NCBI RefSeq assembly: GCF_009914755.1
Contig: NC_060938.1
DNA: 64,000 bases
Direction: 5' to 3' (one strand)
From: the human T2T-CHM13v2.0 reference genome, Homo sapiens
The notes under the pieces: model-generated
Told to the model about the DNA's origin: nothing
Databases searched by the model: none
What the model saw: the letters and a program-made list of their open reading frames with translations, nothing else
Program-made: the position numbers and the translations under genes
In this document: piece by piece, positions 16,288 to 29,746 of the stretch
Position numbering within the stretch: the first letter of the stretch is position 1
How the letters are laid out: each line of letters opens with the position of its first letter

Positions 16288-16508
16288 CTCCCTCTGTTTC
16301 CTTCCCATAAAGATACATGTGGTTGCATTTAAGGCCCACCTGGATAATCCAGGTTAATATCCCCATCTCCAGATCCTTAACTCAATCACCTCTGCAAAGA
16401 CCACTCTGCCCCCAATTTTTGCCATATAAGATAACATTCACAGGGCCCAGGGATTAGGAAATGAACATATTTGGGGGTGGGGAGGGACACATTTTTCAGC
16501 CTGTTGCA
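15979..16508 (-). mobile_element. MLT1C/D-type MaLR LTR
   Basis: cacagttctggaggccagaagtcc...gcccacctggataatccagg...ataacattcacagg. Confidence 0.8.
16243..16282. repeat. (GT)20 microsatellite
   Basis: Perfect 40-bp GT run inside the MLT1 LTR. Confidence 0.98.
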
Positions 16509-16560
16509 AACACCAGGTAAAATCTTGACCTTAGGAAAGTTTACTTTAAAACGTGTGCCA

Positions 16561-16811
16561 TGGACATAGATAATAGAAGGATGGCTACCAGAGTCTGGGA
16601 AGGGTAGTAGGGATTGGGGGGATGGTGGGGGTGGTTAATGGGTACCACAAAAATAGAAATAACAAATAAGAGCTACTATTTGATAGCACAGTAGGGTGAC
16701 TATAGTCAATAATAATATATTTTAAAATACAGAATGTAATTGGATTGTTTGTAACTCAAAGGATAAATGCTTGTAGGGATGAATACCCCATCTAAAACAA
16801 TAAAAAGTAAA
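16561..16811 (+). mobile_element. Short L1MA (MA1/2-like) 3' fragment with TSD
   Basis: L1MA 3' UTR motifs (ctatttgatagcacagtagggtgactatagtcaataat). TSD taaaacgtgtgcca (16547-16560) / taaaatgtgtccca (16812-16825). Confidence 0.8.
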
Positions 16812-18741
16812 TAAAATGTGTCCCAGGTTAGAATGCCACCTAGTATCCTTCCATCATTCCTGATGCATCGATGGGAAGCATTGGTAATGTTCTCTTTTTA
16901 TCCATTGCCTGAGCTTGTCTGTCTCTTTACATGGAAACCAGAGTGTGTCCTCTCCCCATCTCCAGTGACAGCTTCTGAGGAAAGTATTATATTTGATAAA
17001 TGCTTACCTTCTACTGTGTTTCCTAGGCACATGGTGGTTATATTTATAATAATCATAATTACAATAATACATATTTATTGCATTAATTAAATAACAAGAT
17101 CCCCATCCTTATCCTGCCTTATTTAATGGAAAAGGCAAATCTTGATGAGGTATTCCTGTATGTATGATAACCAATGTAATAGAGAAGGCCTCAGGTTTGT
17201 AGGAAACAAAAGAAATGTTTCCATTTAGAAGCAGCTGCAAGATAAAATTTAACGCAATTTCCAAGAACCCTGCCAATATGAGAGTTGCTGCTTGCCGGTC
17301 TTGTCAGTCTGTTGCCTCTATAATATAGCTAGTAAAATTAATTAAAATAAAATGGACTTTCAACAGAAATCGTTCGGGAATTAGAAACAAGTGTTAGCCA
17401 TTGAGCTTTTTAGGTTGTTAAAGCATGACCTTAAAATGCATAAACCTGAGTGAATTTGGCAACTTGAAAAAGGCTTAGGAAACTTTTTGAAGCATCAGTA
17501 GCAGCCTGACCCTTGGTTTCAGAAGATACTATTTCCAGTACTTCAGAGGCGTGTGGGTGGACTGAGTCATTCTCATTCCTTCCCAGTGCAATCTCTCCTT
17601 TCCATCCTCCCCCAGCACCCATGAGCAATTGGCTCCCTTCTGTCCAGCAGAAGGCAATAACTTACTGAGAGTGCTTCTGAAAAAAAACTTAAAAAGCCAA
17701 TCACACATATAAACATATAGCAAATCAGGATTCATTAATTTACCATTTATCAACTCTGCTTCCTTCCACTACTCTGATCCAAGCTGGAATATTGGCAAGA
17801 ACACTTGGATATATCAACATCAATAATGCCAGGCCATTTTTCAGGTTAAACCCTACTGTAGGGTAAGAAGATGAATAATGAAGCATAGAACAAATGGCAC
17901 TGGATGCTCTGTTCTGTTGGCACTGTTGATTTTCTTTTGTGCATTCTCAAGAGTGGGATTTAATTCTGTAAGAGAGAACCTGAAGGTCTTTGCATCTGTG
18001 AATCATGAAGTCTCAGCAACCCACAAAGCCCCAGGCTCCTTTCAAAAATATTTGTTGGACACGCCAGGAGATTCTCTATACCAATAAGGGCATGGTTAGA
18101 GATGACACTTTGCTGTCACTTTTGTGCTGCCGTCTCTGCATCTAGAAGTTATGCTCCTTGGGTTGCACTTGTGTCAATTAATTAGATATTAATAGCGGAA
18201 CATATGTGCTGCTCTCCCCTGCTGCCTCTTGGCTTTAAACGGGCTGCTGAGGGTCGGTGAGAGATTACTGATATGTATGAAGACTTTGGAAGGATGTGAG
18301 AGGGGAAACATATTATGCTTCCAATAACTTCTAGATGCTTGTTCCCAGCTCCTGCTGCTCTGCTTTGCCAGAAGATGACTCCCTCCTGACCCTGCCTGTC
18401 ATCATTTTTGTCCTTGAAACTCTCCCAGAAACAATTCATTGAATCAGAGATACTGTGGCTTTCCAGAGGCCTGCCTCTTGTAACATTCTTGAAGATAAAT
18501 ATTTAGGGGAAACAAGAAAGGCCATTAAGACTTTGTTTTCAGGGATATTGAGTTGGGAAAGCTAAAATGTGCCTCAGTACCTGACAGACAATGGGACATC
18601 CTCCAGTCCTGTGTTTCCTAATGCTTGCATGCCAAGTACAATCCCTTGAATGCAGCTTCCTAATCAGGGTTTTGAAGTGGAGGGTCTTCTAGGGAAAGAC
18701 CTAAAGTTCCACTTTTCATTTGTTGTTTTGGCAACCCCTAT

Positions 18742-19324
18742 TGTGATGGTTAGTATTAGGTGTCAACTTGATTGGTTTGCAGGATGCCTAGATAGCTGCT
18801 CAAGCATTGTTTCTGGTTGTGTCTGTGAAGGTGTTGCCAGAGGAGATTCACATTTGAGTCAGTGGACTGGGAGAGGAAGACCCACCCTCATTGTGGGTGG
18901 GCACCATCCATTCAGGTGCCAGAGTGGCTAGAATAAAACAAGTGTAAGAATGTGGGATACATTGGCTTGCTGAGTCTTCTGGCTTTTATCTTTCTCACAT
19001 GCTGAATGCTTCCTCTCGTTCCTCCTGCCCTTGGATATCAGACTCGAGGTTCTTCTGTTTTGGACTCTTGGGCTTACACCAGTGTATTGCCAAGGGCTTT
19101 TGGCCTTAAGCCACAGACTGAAGGCTGCACTGTCAGCTTCCCTGCTTTTGAGGCTTTTGGACCTGGGCCGAGCCACTACTGGCTGCTTTCTTCCTCAGCT
19201 TCTGGACAGCCTATCATGGGACTTCACCTTGTGATTTTGTGAGCTGTTTCTCCATAATAGACTCCCTTTCATATATACGTATACCCTATAAGTCCTGTCC
19301 CTCTGGAAAACCCTAACTAATACA
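18742..19324 (+). mobile_element. MLT2A-type (HERV-L) solo LTR
   Basis: tgtgatggttagtattaggtgtcaacttgattgg...gtccctctggaaaaccctaactaataca, with perfect 5-bp TSD CCTAT. Confidence 0.92.
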
Positions 19325-19589
19325 CCTATTCTGTTTATCTAAAAGTCTAGCTAGTGGTCAGATCACTCACTGTGCACTGCCTATGATTTACCCTGCCTGT
19401 TCCAATAGATGACAAATCCTCAGGATGATAGCCTATTCAAAAAAGAGCTATTTTGTCAAAATTTCCAGAAGACTACTTTAAGTCTGCTGCTCATGGCGAC
19501 TGGGACTGCCTCCTTTCATCACAAGCATACTTTTTCTCTTGCAGTATCTTTGCCCTGAGTAAAGCCTGTCTGCTCCAGTCTAGTCTGGG

Positions 19590-19750
19590 TGATTCAGATA
19601 TGAGGACACTGGGAGTCACGTTGGCTGGTTCCGTTTCTGCACCACCTTCGTGAGTTACTTGGGTGAGTCAGTTTTGAGTTCAGTCTTCTGATCTATTAGA
19701 TGATTGGGTTGGATCAAATGATGTCTCAGGTTCCTTCCAACTTGATTACC
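19590..19750 (+). mobile_element. MIR/MIR3 fragment
   Basis: ttacttgggtgagtca...gggttggatcaaatgatgtctcaggttccttccaac. Confidence 0.55.
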
Positions 19751-20044
19751 TTTGGATCAAAAGAGCTTTTTGAGTTACTTGGTATATTCTCAATAGCTGT
19801 TCACTTATTTGTTACACAGAAGGTTCTAGGAAAAGATCTAGGACCATCCCTATTCTTTAAAACCTGATATGTTCAAAAAATGGTGATGAACTACATGTTC
19901 ATCACCATGATAATTCCTACATTTATACAGAGATAAGTAGTTTTGTAAAGTGTGTTCACATTTATTATCTCAAATGGCCTGCTTAGGGCAGGCAAAGCTG
20001 GGGTTCAGAAAATTAAGGTGCTTATTCAAGACCTTGAGGCTAGT

Positions 20045-20467
20045 TGTTTTCATCTGTTTTGTGTTACTATAAAGGAATACCTGGAGCTTGGAATATATAA
20101 ATAAAATAAGTTTATTTATCTCAGTTTTGTAAGCTCTACAGGTATGGCGCTGACATCTACTTGGCTTCTGGTGAGGGCCTTAGGCTGCTTCTACTCATGG
20201 TGGAAGGATAAGGGGAGCCAGTGTGTGTAGATATCCTATGTCAAGAGGGGAAGCAAGAGAGAGAAAGGGGAGGTGCTAAGCCTTTTTTAACAACCAGCTC
20301 TCATGGGAACTAATGGAGTAAGAACTCATCACCAAGGAAAGGGCATTAATCTATTCATGAGGGATCTTCCCTTGTGACCAAAACACCTCACATTAGACCC
20401 TATCTCCAACATTGGGAATCAAATTTCAACATGATTTTTGGAGGGGTCAAACATCCAAACCATAACA
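20045..20467 (-). mobile_element. MSTB-type MaLR solo LTR inserted in a MIR
   Basis: MST sequence with perfect 5-bp TSD CTAGT (20040-20044, 20468-20472). MIR-like sequence on both flanks (19900-20040, 20470-20540). Confidence 0.88.
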
Positions 20468-22146
20468 CTAGTAAATGAGCTGGGACTAGAATCCACTTTT
20501 TCTCACTTGAAGTTTGGCACTCTTTCCACCTCACTGTAATAAAATAGTACTGAAACAATACAAGCCAGAATGCAGTAATATCATCCAAATGGTATAGACT
20601 ATGCTCTGTGTATGTCTTCTGTAAAGAAGGTAACAAGTGAGTGGAAAAAGGTTACATTTTAGTTTCTCTTAAAAGATATTACAAGTGTCAATACTATTGC
20701 CATGGTGAACATTCCTGTTAGTTACATTTCTTAAGTACCATAGTCACCAGTGCAGCATTTATTTTGTTTTTATGAGCTAGACTTTATAGTGCTGGTTGTT
20801 TTCCTATTCTGGGCTGGTTTTTCCACCACCAAGGATCTTTGTTTGTATACCATTTTCTTATTTTGGTGCTTGAAAGAAATGATAGGTTACCTTGATAGAG
20901 AATGTTGATACCTGTACAAATTAGCTTTTCTCCTACTGTATAGAGGTCATCCTTATCAGAAATCTAATCTATAGCACTCTTCTTTGTTCTAAGAAATGGT
21001 ATAGAATCAGATTGGCTGGTTTACTATTTAAGTCTCATCAAAGACCAATTGGAAGGATATCTCTTAACTTGGCATGACTAAGCTTACAAGCACTAGAGGG
21101 TAGAAATTAATGAGCAATTTATAGTTGTAGAATATTTTTCTTATTAGAATTGACTTCTCTTCTAATATCATTTTTTATTCTGTGCCTTTGTAAATTTTAA
21201 TTGAATTAAATTTTACCAAAGAAGGACAGTAGCATTTGAGGTATACAGAAATGTTTAATACATTGGGGATGGGAAAAGAGAAAAAAAAACAATAGAGAGC
21301 CCAATTAATTTCTTCCCTGTGAACTCCCTATGAACCTTCTACAGTTAAGAGAGCAAACTGTACTCAAAACTCCATTGTTCAGGAAAGAGTCTTTGTTTAA
21401 AGAACTAATGCAAATTCCAAGACTTCAGCTTATTGAATTTACTTCAATGGCTTGTGGCCAAAAATTTAATGAGGACTGAAACAGCTGATATCTCCCAGCA
21501 TTCAACTCTGTACCACCGGGTCTACAGCTGAGAGAGAGAGTTGTCTTAAAGTTCAAGACAGAGTTAATATATTCTGTCTATTTGCAACTTTCATCAGAAT
21601 GAAGTCACCTTCATAACAATGACTTGTAGCATGAGTTTGTCCTCATTTGCCATTTTTAGCTGAAATTCTGAGTGAAAATAAAGGAAAATAAATCACTCTG
21701 TCCTTTTCTTTCTCTTTTTACCTTACAGATTTGGGGACTGCTTTTAAATTTCACAGTGACAGGGATGAGAGCAAAGGAGAAAATATCTTTTTAGTAATTT
21801 GCAAAGCTAATTTGAGTGATTAGCTTCATGAATGTTAGAAGAGTAAACCTGGAATTCTTAGTCTCACTGAATAATTAATAAGTAATTCTGAGTGGACCAA
21901 ACTGAGATGAAGAATGAAAAATGAGAAGGCAAGGAGCACACAGTTCTTAGATCTCCCTGTTTTATCTCTATAAGCAATACACTGCTTTCAACATTTTTCA
22001 GTGTCTACCATTTATTGAATATTTAGAAGATAATGCACTACTATGTCATGCTTAGGGTATCTGAAAGACAAAGAGATGTGAATCCCAGTCCTTTCCATGT
22101 GGAACAGAGCTAGATTGATACAGAGAAATTAGGTTATTATTAGCCA

Positions 22147-22240
22147 TTGTATGAGTGTGTGCATATGTGTTTATGTGTTTATGTGTATGTATGTATTTAT
22201 ATGTGTGTATGTATGTGTTTATGTGTATGTACGTGTACAT
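22147..22240. repeat. Degenerate (TG/TA)n low-complexity tract
   Basis: tgtatgagtgtgtgcatatgtgtttatgtgtttatgtgtatgtatg... Confidence 0.9.
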
Positions 22241-23689
22241 ATTTTCCTTCTGGGATCTTGACAAGTATCTTGGGAATTACAAATTGTATTATTTTCTCTG
22301 GATCAAAAGTGAGTAGGAATATTAGCAATCAGCATCAAACACTTGGATTTCATTTCAGCACAAGAACAGGCAGGAAGCTTCCTACCTTGCTCTTGCCTTA
22401 CAGAATCTGGATAGGGTAAAATATTGGGCATTAGATAACAATAGGAGATAAACCCGAGATTAGAATGTTACTTGGGATCTTCTAGCTTTTTTCCTAGAGA
22501 TGTATTTTTTCATGCTGAGCATACAACACTAACTCTAGTCAAATTAATACCAGCTTTTAATCTGAGTTGAAACTCTAGAGATGTTGGCTCTAATATTCAC
22601 ATGTAGAATAGCTGAACCTCAGGCACTGATGCTTTAACAAACAACACAGTTCAGCAGAAATAGACTTTTACTGTATATTATCAAGCAGGTGAATTTAATG
22701 TGAAAGTTATTTCCATAATTAAGGCTATTGAGAGTGTCACTGTAATTGTAGATACTTAAAAAAAGTTCCTTTCTAATTATCATCTGAGGGGTATGTGCTC
22801 TCAGTGGATTAATGATAGTATTACCCACTGCTGAACTAGACTCAGGATTAAATAGACCTAACATCTGCTGCTGTGACATCTACCCAATGCACTTTATGGT
22901 AATATATTGGGTCAGGCCTCTATTGACTTGTCTTTAAAAGCTATGTGTGCTTCAATTAGCTAGAAAGTTCTAGCATAAGTGGACTTAATGCCTGAATTAA
23001 TGGGAAACCTCTTTCAATTTTCCACTTTATTTTGCAAATAGAAATGGAATTTCAATGCATGGCACAGGGTAAATGCTAAATATTAAGTTTATTGGGGATT
23101 TTATTTTAACTTCAAGCATTTCTTTTTTAACATCATAGAATGAAATTGACTAGGATAGAGAATAGTTTTTAAACTTTAAAATTTTCATTGTGGAAACTAT
23201 AAATTGACTGAGGGAAAATAGGGATTCCTTGGGGAAAGGAGGTGGCTTTTTTGTAAATCAAGGCCATGAAACAGTGCGGCAAATTATCTCTGTACATATA
23301 GGTATTGTGAGTCATATTAATTAGAAAGTGGCAGTTTTTGGGGCAGGTAGGTCTGAGTTTGACAGCGTCCTCAGAATAATTATTATATGCAAATCTATTT
23401 TTATTAGGTAATAAAATCTATAAAATATTCACTGTTTATTTTTAATTATTACATAAATGATTGTGTTTTTTCCAAAGCAGCAAGCTCAGAATGCAAAGAG
23501 CTGAACTTGATAAAGAAGTTAGTCAATTGGCATGAGAATTTCTACCTAGAAAACATATTTTTTCCAATATGAATTTATTTTGATATAACTGGCTCTAATA
23601 TCCTACTGAGGTTTTATAAGAGATGTTCCAGTGTGTGGCAAGGTAATGAGATAATGGAATCCTTGTGAGGTTTTATATGCTGGAAAGTC

Positions 23690-25868
23690 TTTTGGGGGTT
23701 TCCAGCCCAGCATGTAGGGAGCTTAGAAGTCACCACTTCTTCCTGACAACAAGAGAAACACTCAACAAAATGAGAAATCAACAGCTCTTCTTAGTTTCAT
23801 CAGAGAAGTGAGGTCACAGGGAAAACCAGTGTCTCCCCAAGTTGGAGAGACAGACAGTCAGATACAGAGGATTACAACTTACCAGAACAGAAACCCACAA
23901 CCAGGAAATTCCTTCAGAAGCAGTGATGGGGTAGGACAATCTGAACTGCAATTGATGTATTACTAGGGGCTCGGTGTGAACAAGTCTGGACAAGACCCCA
24001 GGGCGGGGGCTGAATCATGGGGGACTCTAATTTTTGTGAGTTTCACCTCCAGTAGCTCTACTAGGTCCTCACATAAATATCCCTTTGTACTTCTGTCAGA
24101 GGTGTATGAACCAGCACAACTCCATCTTGAATAGGAGCTGGGTAAAATGAGGCTGAAATCTACTGGGCTGCATTCCCAGACGGTTAAGGCATTCTAAGTC
24201 ACAGGATGAGATAGAAGGACAGCACAAGATACCGGTCATAAAGGTCTTGCTGATAAAACAGGTTGCAGTAAAGAAGATGGCTAAAACCCACCAAAACCAA
24301 GACAGCGATGAGAGTGACCTCTGGTCATCCTCACTGCTATACTCCCACCAGCACCATGACAGTTTACAAATGCCATAGCAATGTCAGGAAGGTACCTTAT
24401 ATGGTCCAAAAAGGGGAGGCATGAATAATCCACCCTTTGTTTAGCATATCATCAAGAAACAACCATAAAAAGGGGCAACCAGCAGCTCTCTGGGCTGCTC
24501 TGTCTATGGAGTAGCCATTCTTTTATTCCCTTACTTTCTTTATAAACTTGCTTTCGCTTTACGAACTCTCCTTGAATTCTTTCTTGTGTGAGATCCAAGA
24601 ACCCTCCCTTGGGATCTAGATATGGACTCCTTTCCTATAACACTTCCAGCAGGTGGGAGGGAAAAAGGAATCTTTTTAAAATGTTCCAGAGCACTCTGCT
24701 CTTCTTAATAAGGCCTACCCTCAGGAGAAATTATTTTACCAGAGTCTAATTTGCTGGAATTTAATTACAGTGGAATCTACCTGAGATGAGACTCTAGCCA
24801 TTTTGTCCCACCTAATGGGGAAAAGAGACAGAGAAGCACTGATGAAGTTCACAATACAGAGGCACAGGCTTACCAAAAAAAGGATACCCAATCAGAGTAG
24901 AAAACTTCAACTCTCTCCATACCATTAAATACCTATTTATTGGTATTCAACTTGTATTAATACATCACGTTCGGATTTGAAAGAAAAGTTGGAAGGCATA
25001 TAAAAGGCAGAAACAGTTGGAAGAGACTGAACAAGCATCAAAACCAGCCTCAGATATGGCAGAGGTGTTGGAATTATTAGACTGATAACTTTCAACAACT
25101 ATAATTAATATGTTAAGGGCTCTAATAGAAAAACATAAACTGGATGTGGCTGAGGCAAGAGTCTCTGAGCTTGAGGATATAACAACAAAAAACTCCAAAA
25201 CTGAATAGCAGAGGAAAAATAAAACTGAAAAAGAAACCCAAACCCCAAACCAAAAATACCAGAATAGGATATTTAAGAACTGGGAAACAACTACAAAAGG
25301 TGTAACATACATACAATGAGAATAACAGAGGAGAAGAAATAAACAGAAGCAATATTTGATGTAATAATTACTGAGAATTTCTCCACATTAATGTCAGACA
25401 CCAAACCACAGATCTGGAAATCTCAGAGAACACCAAGCAAGATAAATGCCAAAAATGACACATGAGCATATCATATTCATACTTCAGAAAATCGAATATA
25501 TAAAAGAATCCCAAAAGAAGCCATAGGGAAAAAAATACCTTACCTACAGAGGATCAAAGATAATAATTACATCTGACTTCTCCTTATAAAACATAAAATC
25601 AAGAAGAGAGTAGAATGAAGTATTTAAAAGATTGAGGCAAACCCCCCCCCACCAAACTAGGATTCTGTATCCTATGAAAATATCCTTCAAAAGGAAAGGC
25701 ATAACACTTTCTCATACAAACAAAAATTGAAGAAATTGGTTGCGAGTAGATCTTCCTTGCAAAACATGTTTTTTAAAAAAAGGTCTTCGTAGAGAAGGAA
25801 AATGATACAAGTCAGAAACTTGGGTCTACATAAAGGAAAGATGAGTATCACAGAAGGAAATAAGTGAA
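23690..25868 (+). mobile_element. Old L1 (L1MC/MD-type) 5' UTR plus ORF1 remnant, interrupted by MER41A
   Basis: L1M 5' end (gcatgtagggagcttagaagtcacc...gaggtcacagggaaaac) and A-rich ORF1 motifs (gacaccaaaccacagatctggaaatctcagagaacaccaagc). Ends abruptly just before the OR pseudogene. Confidence 0.78.
24094..24642 (+). mobile_element. MER41A solo LTR (ERV1)
   Basis: tgtcagaggtgtatgaaccagcacaactccatcttgaatagg...tcctataaca, 549 bp, perfect 4-bp TSD CTTC. The junction ggggaggcatgaataatcc lacks the GAS-containing segment of MER41B. Confidence 0.9.
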
Positions 25869-25885
25869 AAATGAGTCTCAGCCAC

Positions 25886-26820
25886 ATGGGACCAAAGAAT
25901 CTAACTCGTGTTTTGGAATTCTTCCTCCTCCACTTCTTAGATGACTTGGAACTGCAGCCTTTCCTCTTCAGGCTGTCCCTGAACCATGCACCTAGTCACA
26001 GTGCTTGCGAACTTGCTCACATCCTTCTGACTGTCAGCTTTGCCCTCACCTCCACAACCCCATGACTTCAACCTGTCCTTAGCTGACATTGGTTTCACCC
26101 CTGCCACAATTTCAAAGATAACTGTAGACCTCCAAACTCACAGCAGAATCATTTTATACATGAGCTGCCTGAAATAGATGTCTTTTAAAATTATTTTTGG
26201 ATGTTTGCACAATCTACTCATGACTGTGATGGCCTATGACCCATTTGTGGCGACCTGTCATCTCTTGTACTACACAGTGATCAGGAATCCCCACCTCTGT
26301 GGCCTCCTGCTTCTGGTCTCTCTCTCTCTTTTTTTTTTTTGATCAGTCTTTTGGAAACCCAGCTGTACAGTTTGATGGTGTCACAAGTTCTCTCATGCAA
26401 ATGTAGACATTCCTCATTTCTTCTGTGACCCTTCTCAGTTTCTCCACCTTTCCTGTTCTGACACTGCCACCAATAACACATTAATGCATTTTATTGGTGC
26501 CATCTCTGTGGTCCATTCTCAGGGATCCTTTACTGTTATACTCAAATTATGTTCTCCATACTCATAACCCTATAAAATGTGGGAAGTATAAAGCAAACCT
26601 TCTCCACCCATCGCTCTCACCTGTCAGTTGTTTGCTTATTTTATGGAACAGGCCTTGGAGTATACCTTAGTTTGGCTGGCTCACCTTCCCCAAGAACAGG
26701 TGTGGTGGCCTCAATGGTATATACCACAGTCACCCTCATGTTGAACCCTGCATTCACAGCCTGAGGAACAGAGACATCAAGAATACCTGGTGGTGGCTCC
26801 TCAGCATAACTGCCTGGTAT
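25886..26820 (+). pseudogene. Olfactory receptor family 7 (OR7E-like) pseudogene
   Basis: N-terminus MGPKNLT...LELQPFL; LHNPM (LHTPM); SLADIGFT; [11 protein letters not shown] (26229); HFFCDPSQ; [24 protein letters not shown]; [12 protein letters not shown]; TM4 poly-T tract as in OR7E. Multiple frameshifts and stops, and R>P in the MAYDR motif. Exact gene name cannot be determined without a search. Confidence 0.93.
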
Positions 26821-27124
26821 CAATACCTGTGCTATCCTTTATGGAGTGTGGTTAGAAAAAACAGCAAACTCAAATATCTGGAGCCAGAAACGCTGCATGT
26901 TTGGTTACATATTTTTTTCAGCTCTTATGGCTTTCAATCCTCTTGTTGTTTCATATCTGGATATTGCTTCTTTTTGTAAATCTTTAATGGGATCAAGAGA
27001 GTATTCTGGAATCCTACCTACATTATAATCATGATTGAATCCTATTACAGCTGTAGAGCCCTCTTTATCTCTCCTTTGTGATCCAGACATATGGGATAAA
27101 TGTACAACTCTCTGTTCTAAGAAA

Positions 27125-27520
27125 TACCATTTTCAGAGCAGTTTTAGGTTCACAGCAAAACTGAGAGGAAGATGTAGAGATTTCCCATATACTCTCACAC
27201 ATGCATAGACTCTCAAATTTTCAACATCCTCCACCAGAGTGGTACATTTGTTACAACTGATGAATCCACATTGACACATCATAATCACCTAAAATCTGGA
27301 GTTAGCTGAAGGGTTCATTGTTGGTATTGTACATTCTATGGGTTTGCACAATTGTACAATGATGTGTATCCATCATTCTAGTACATACAGTATTTTCACT
27401 ACTCTAAAAATCCTCTATGCCCTGCCTGTCCATTCCTCCCCTTTTCCCCACCCCAACTCCTTGTAACCACTGATCTTTTACATCTCCAAAGCCATGTAGT
27501 TGTAATCATACAGTATATAA
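27125..27520 (-). mobile_element. L1MC1-like 3' fragment
   Basis: agagcagttttaggttcacagcaaaactgag...ccaccagagtggtacatttgttacaactgatgaa. Confidence 0.82.
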
Positions 27521-28123
27521 TACATATAGTCAGTTGCGTGTAGTAATTTGACCAGCTGGTAGCTTAATAGTCTGTCCCTAGGGGGAGTGGCATAAAGTAA
27601 GACAGATGATGAAGAGAGGCAGTTATTTATAAAGCAAATTTCTGGGAAAAAATGGCTAGTCCTCCATAGTTAGATCAGATTGGGGTAAGTATTTCATATG
27701 GTTTCTGAGCAGTGGTGGTACCAATCATTGTGAGGAGAACAGTGTGTAGGCTCTGTGACACTTCTGGATTAGGTGAGATCACAGCTAGTAACTGAAGATA
27801 CAGGAACTGGTTCTAGTTTCAGAGAGGGCATAGATGAAGCTTAAACACATTTCAAATGTCTTCTATTCCCAAGAGTCCATATTACTGGAATTGAGAAAAG
27901 GGAACAAATCTGGAGATTCAAAGGTCCTAATGTACATTTAGGCATTTTTTTCCAATCATTAGAGACCTGACCTGCTAGGCTGACCTGGTAGCTAAAGGTC
28001 TTCACTACTTGATGGAATTGGAGTGATTAGCATATGCAGATAAAGTAATACTATTAGCTACCATTTGTTATACTCCTACTATGTACCAGTTATCTGTATG
28101 TTTTAAGTCTCATAACAATACTG

Positions 28124-28191
28124 AAAGATGTTTTATTACTTCATTGGACGGTTTATCTTTAAACCGTCCAATGAAGTAATGAAACACCTTT
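28124..28191. repeat. Inverted repeat, 32-bp arms with a 4-nt loop, at the end of a MIR-like fragment
   Basis: aaagatgttttattacttcattggacggttta-tctt-taaaccgtccaatgaagtaatgaaacaccttt. Inner 21 bp are perfectly complementary; 2 mismatches overall. Confidence 0.95.
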
Positions 28192-28473
28192 TTCTTTCTG
28201 CCTTCAAGAAAAAGAGAGCTATATTTTTAAATTGCTAATGATAAGCTCTCTAGGTATGTGGGACTACTGGAAGAATAAGAAAATGATAGAATAATAGAAG
28301 AATAATATTAGAGGAAAAATATAGGAGGAAACAGGGCCTGTGAAGAAGGTAGAGGAAGGAGAGAAAAGATGTACTCTGGGCAAAACAAAGAAGGGCAAAA
28401 GCATTTTCACCTTTGGAAAAGAAAATAGGAGATTACCAGAGAAGAGTACTAGTGACCTTGGAGCTAATTCTGA

Positions 28474-29746
<1,273 letters not shown>

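Noticed and set aside
17100-18500. Unique region with AP-1 (17563), TEAD-like and NFI half-site motifs as an enhancer
   Set aside because: These short motifs occur repeatedly by chance across 64 kb; cannot be supported without conservation or chromatin data.
21700-21800. Strong + strand splice acceptors here and at ~57532 and ~63036
   Set aside because: No convincing paired donor or open reading frame; isolated acceptors are common.
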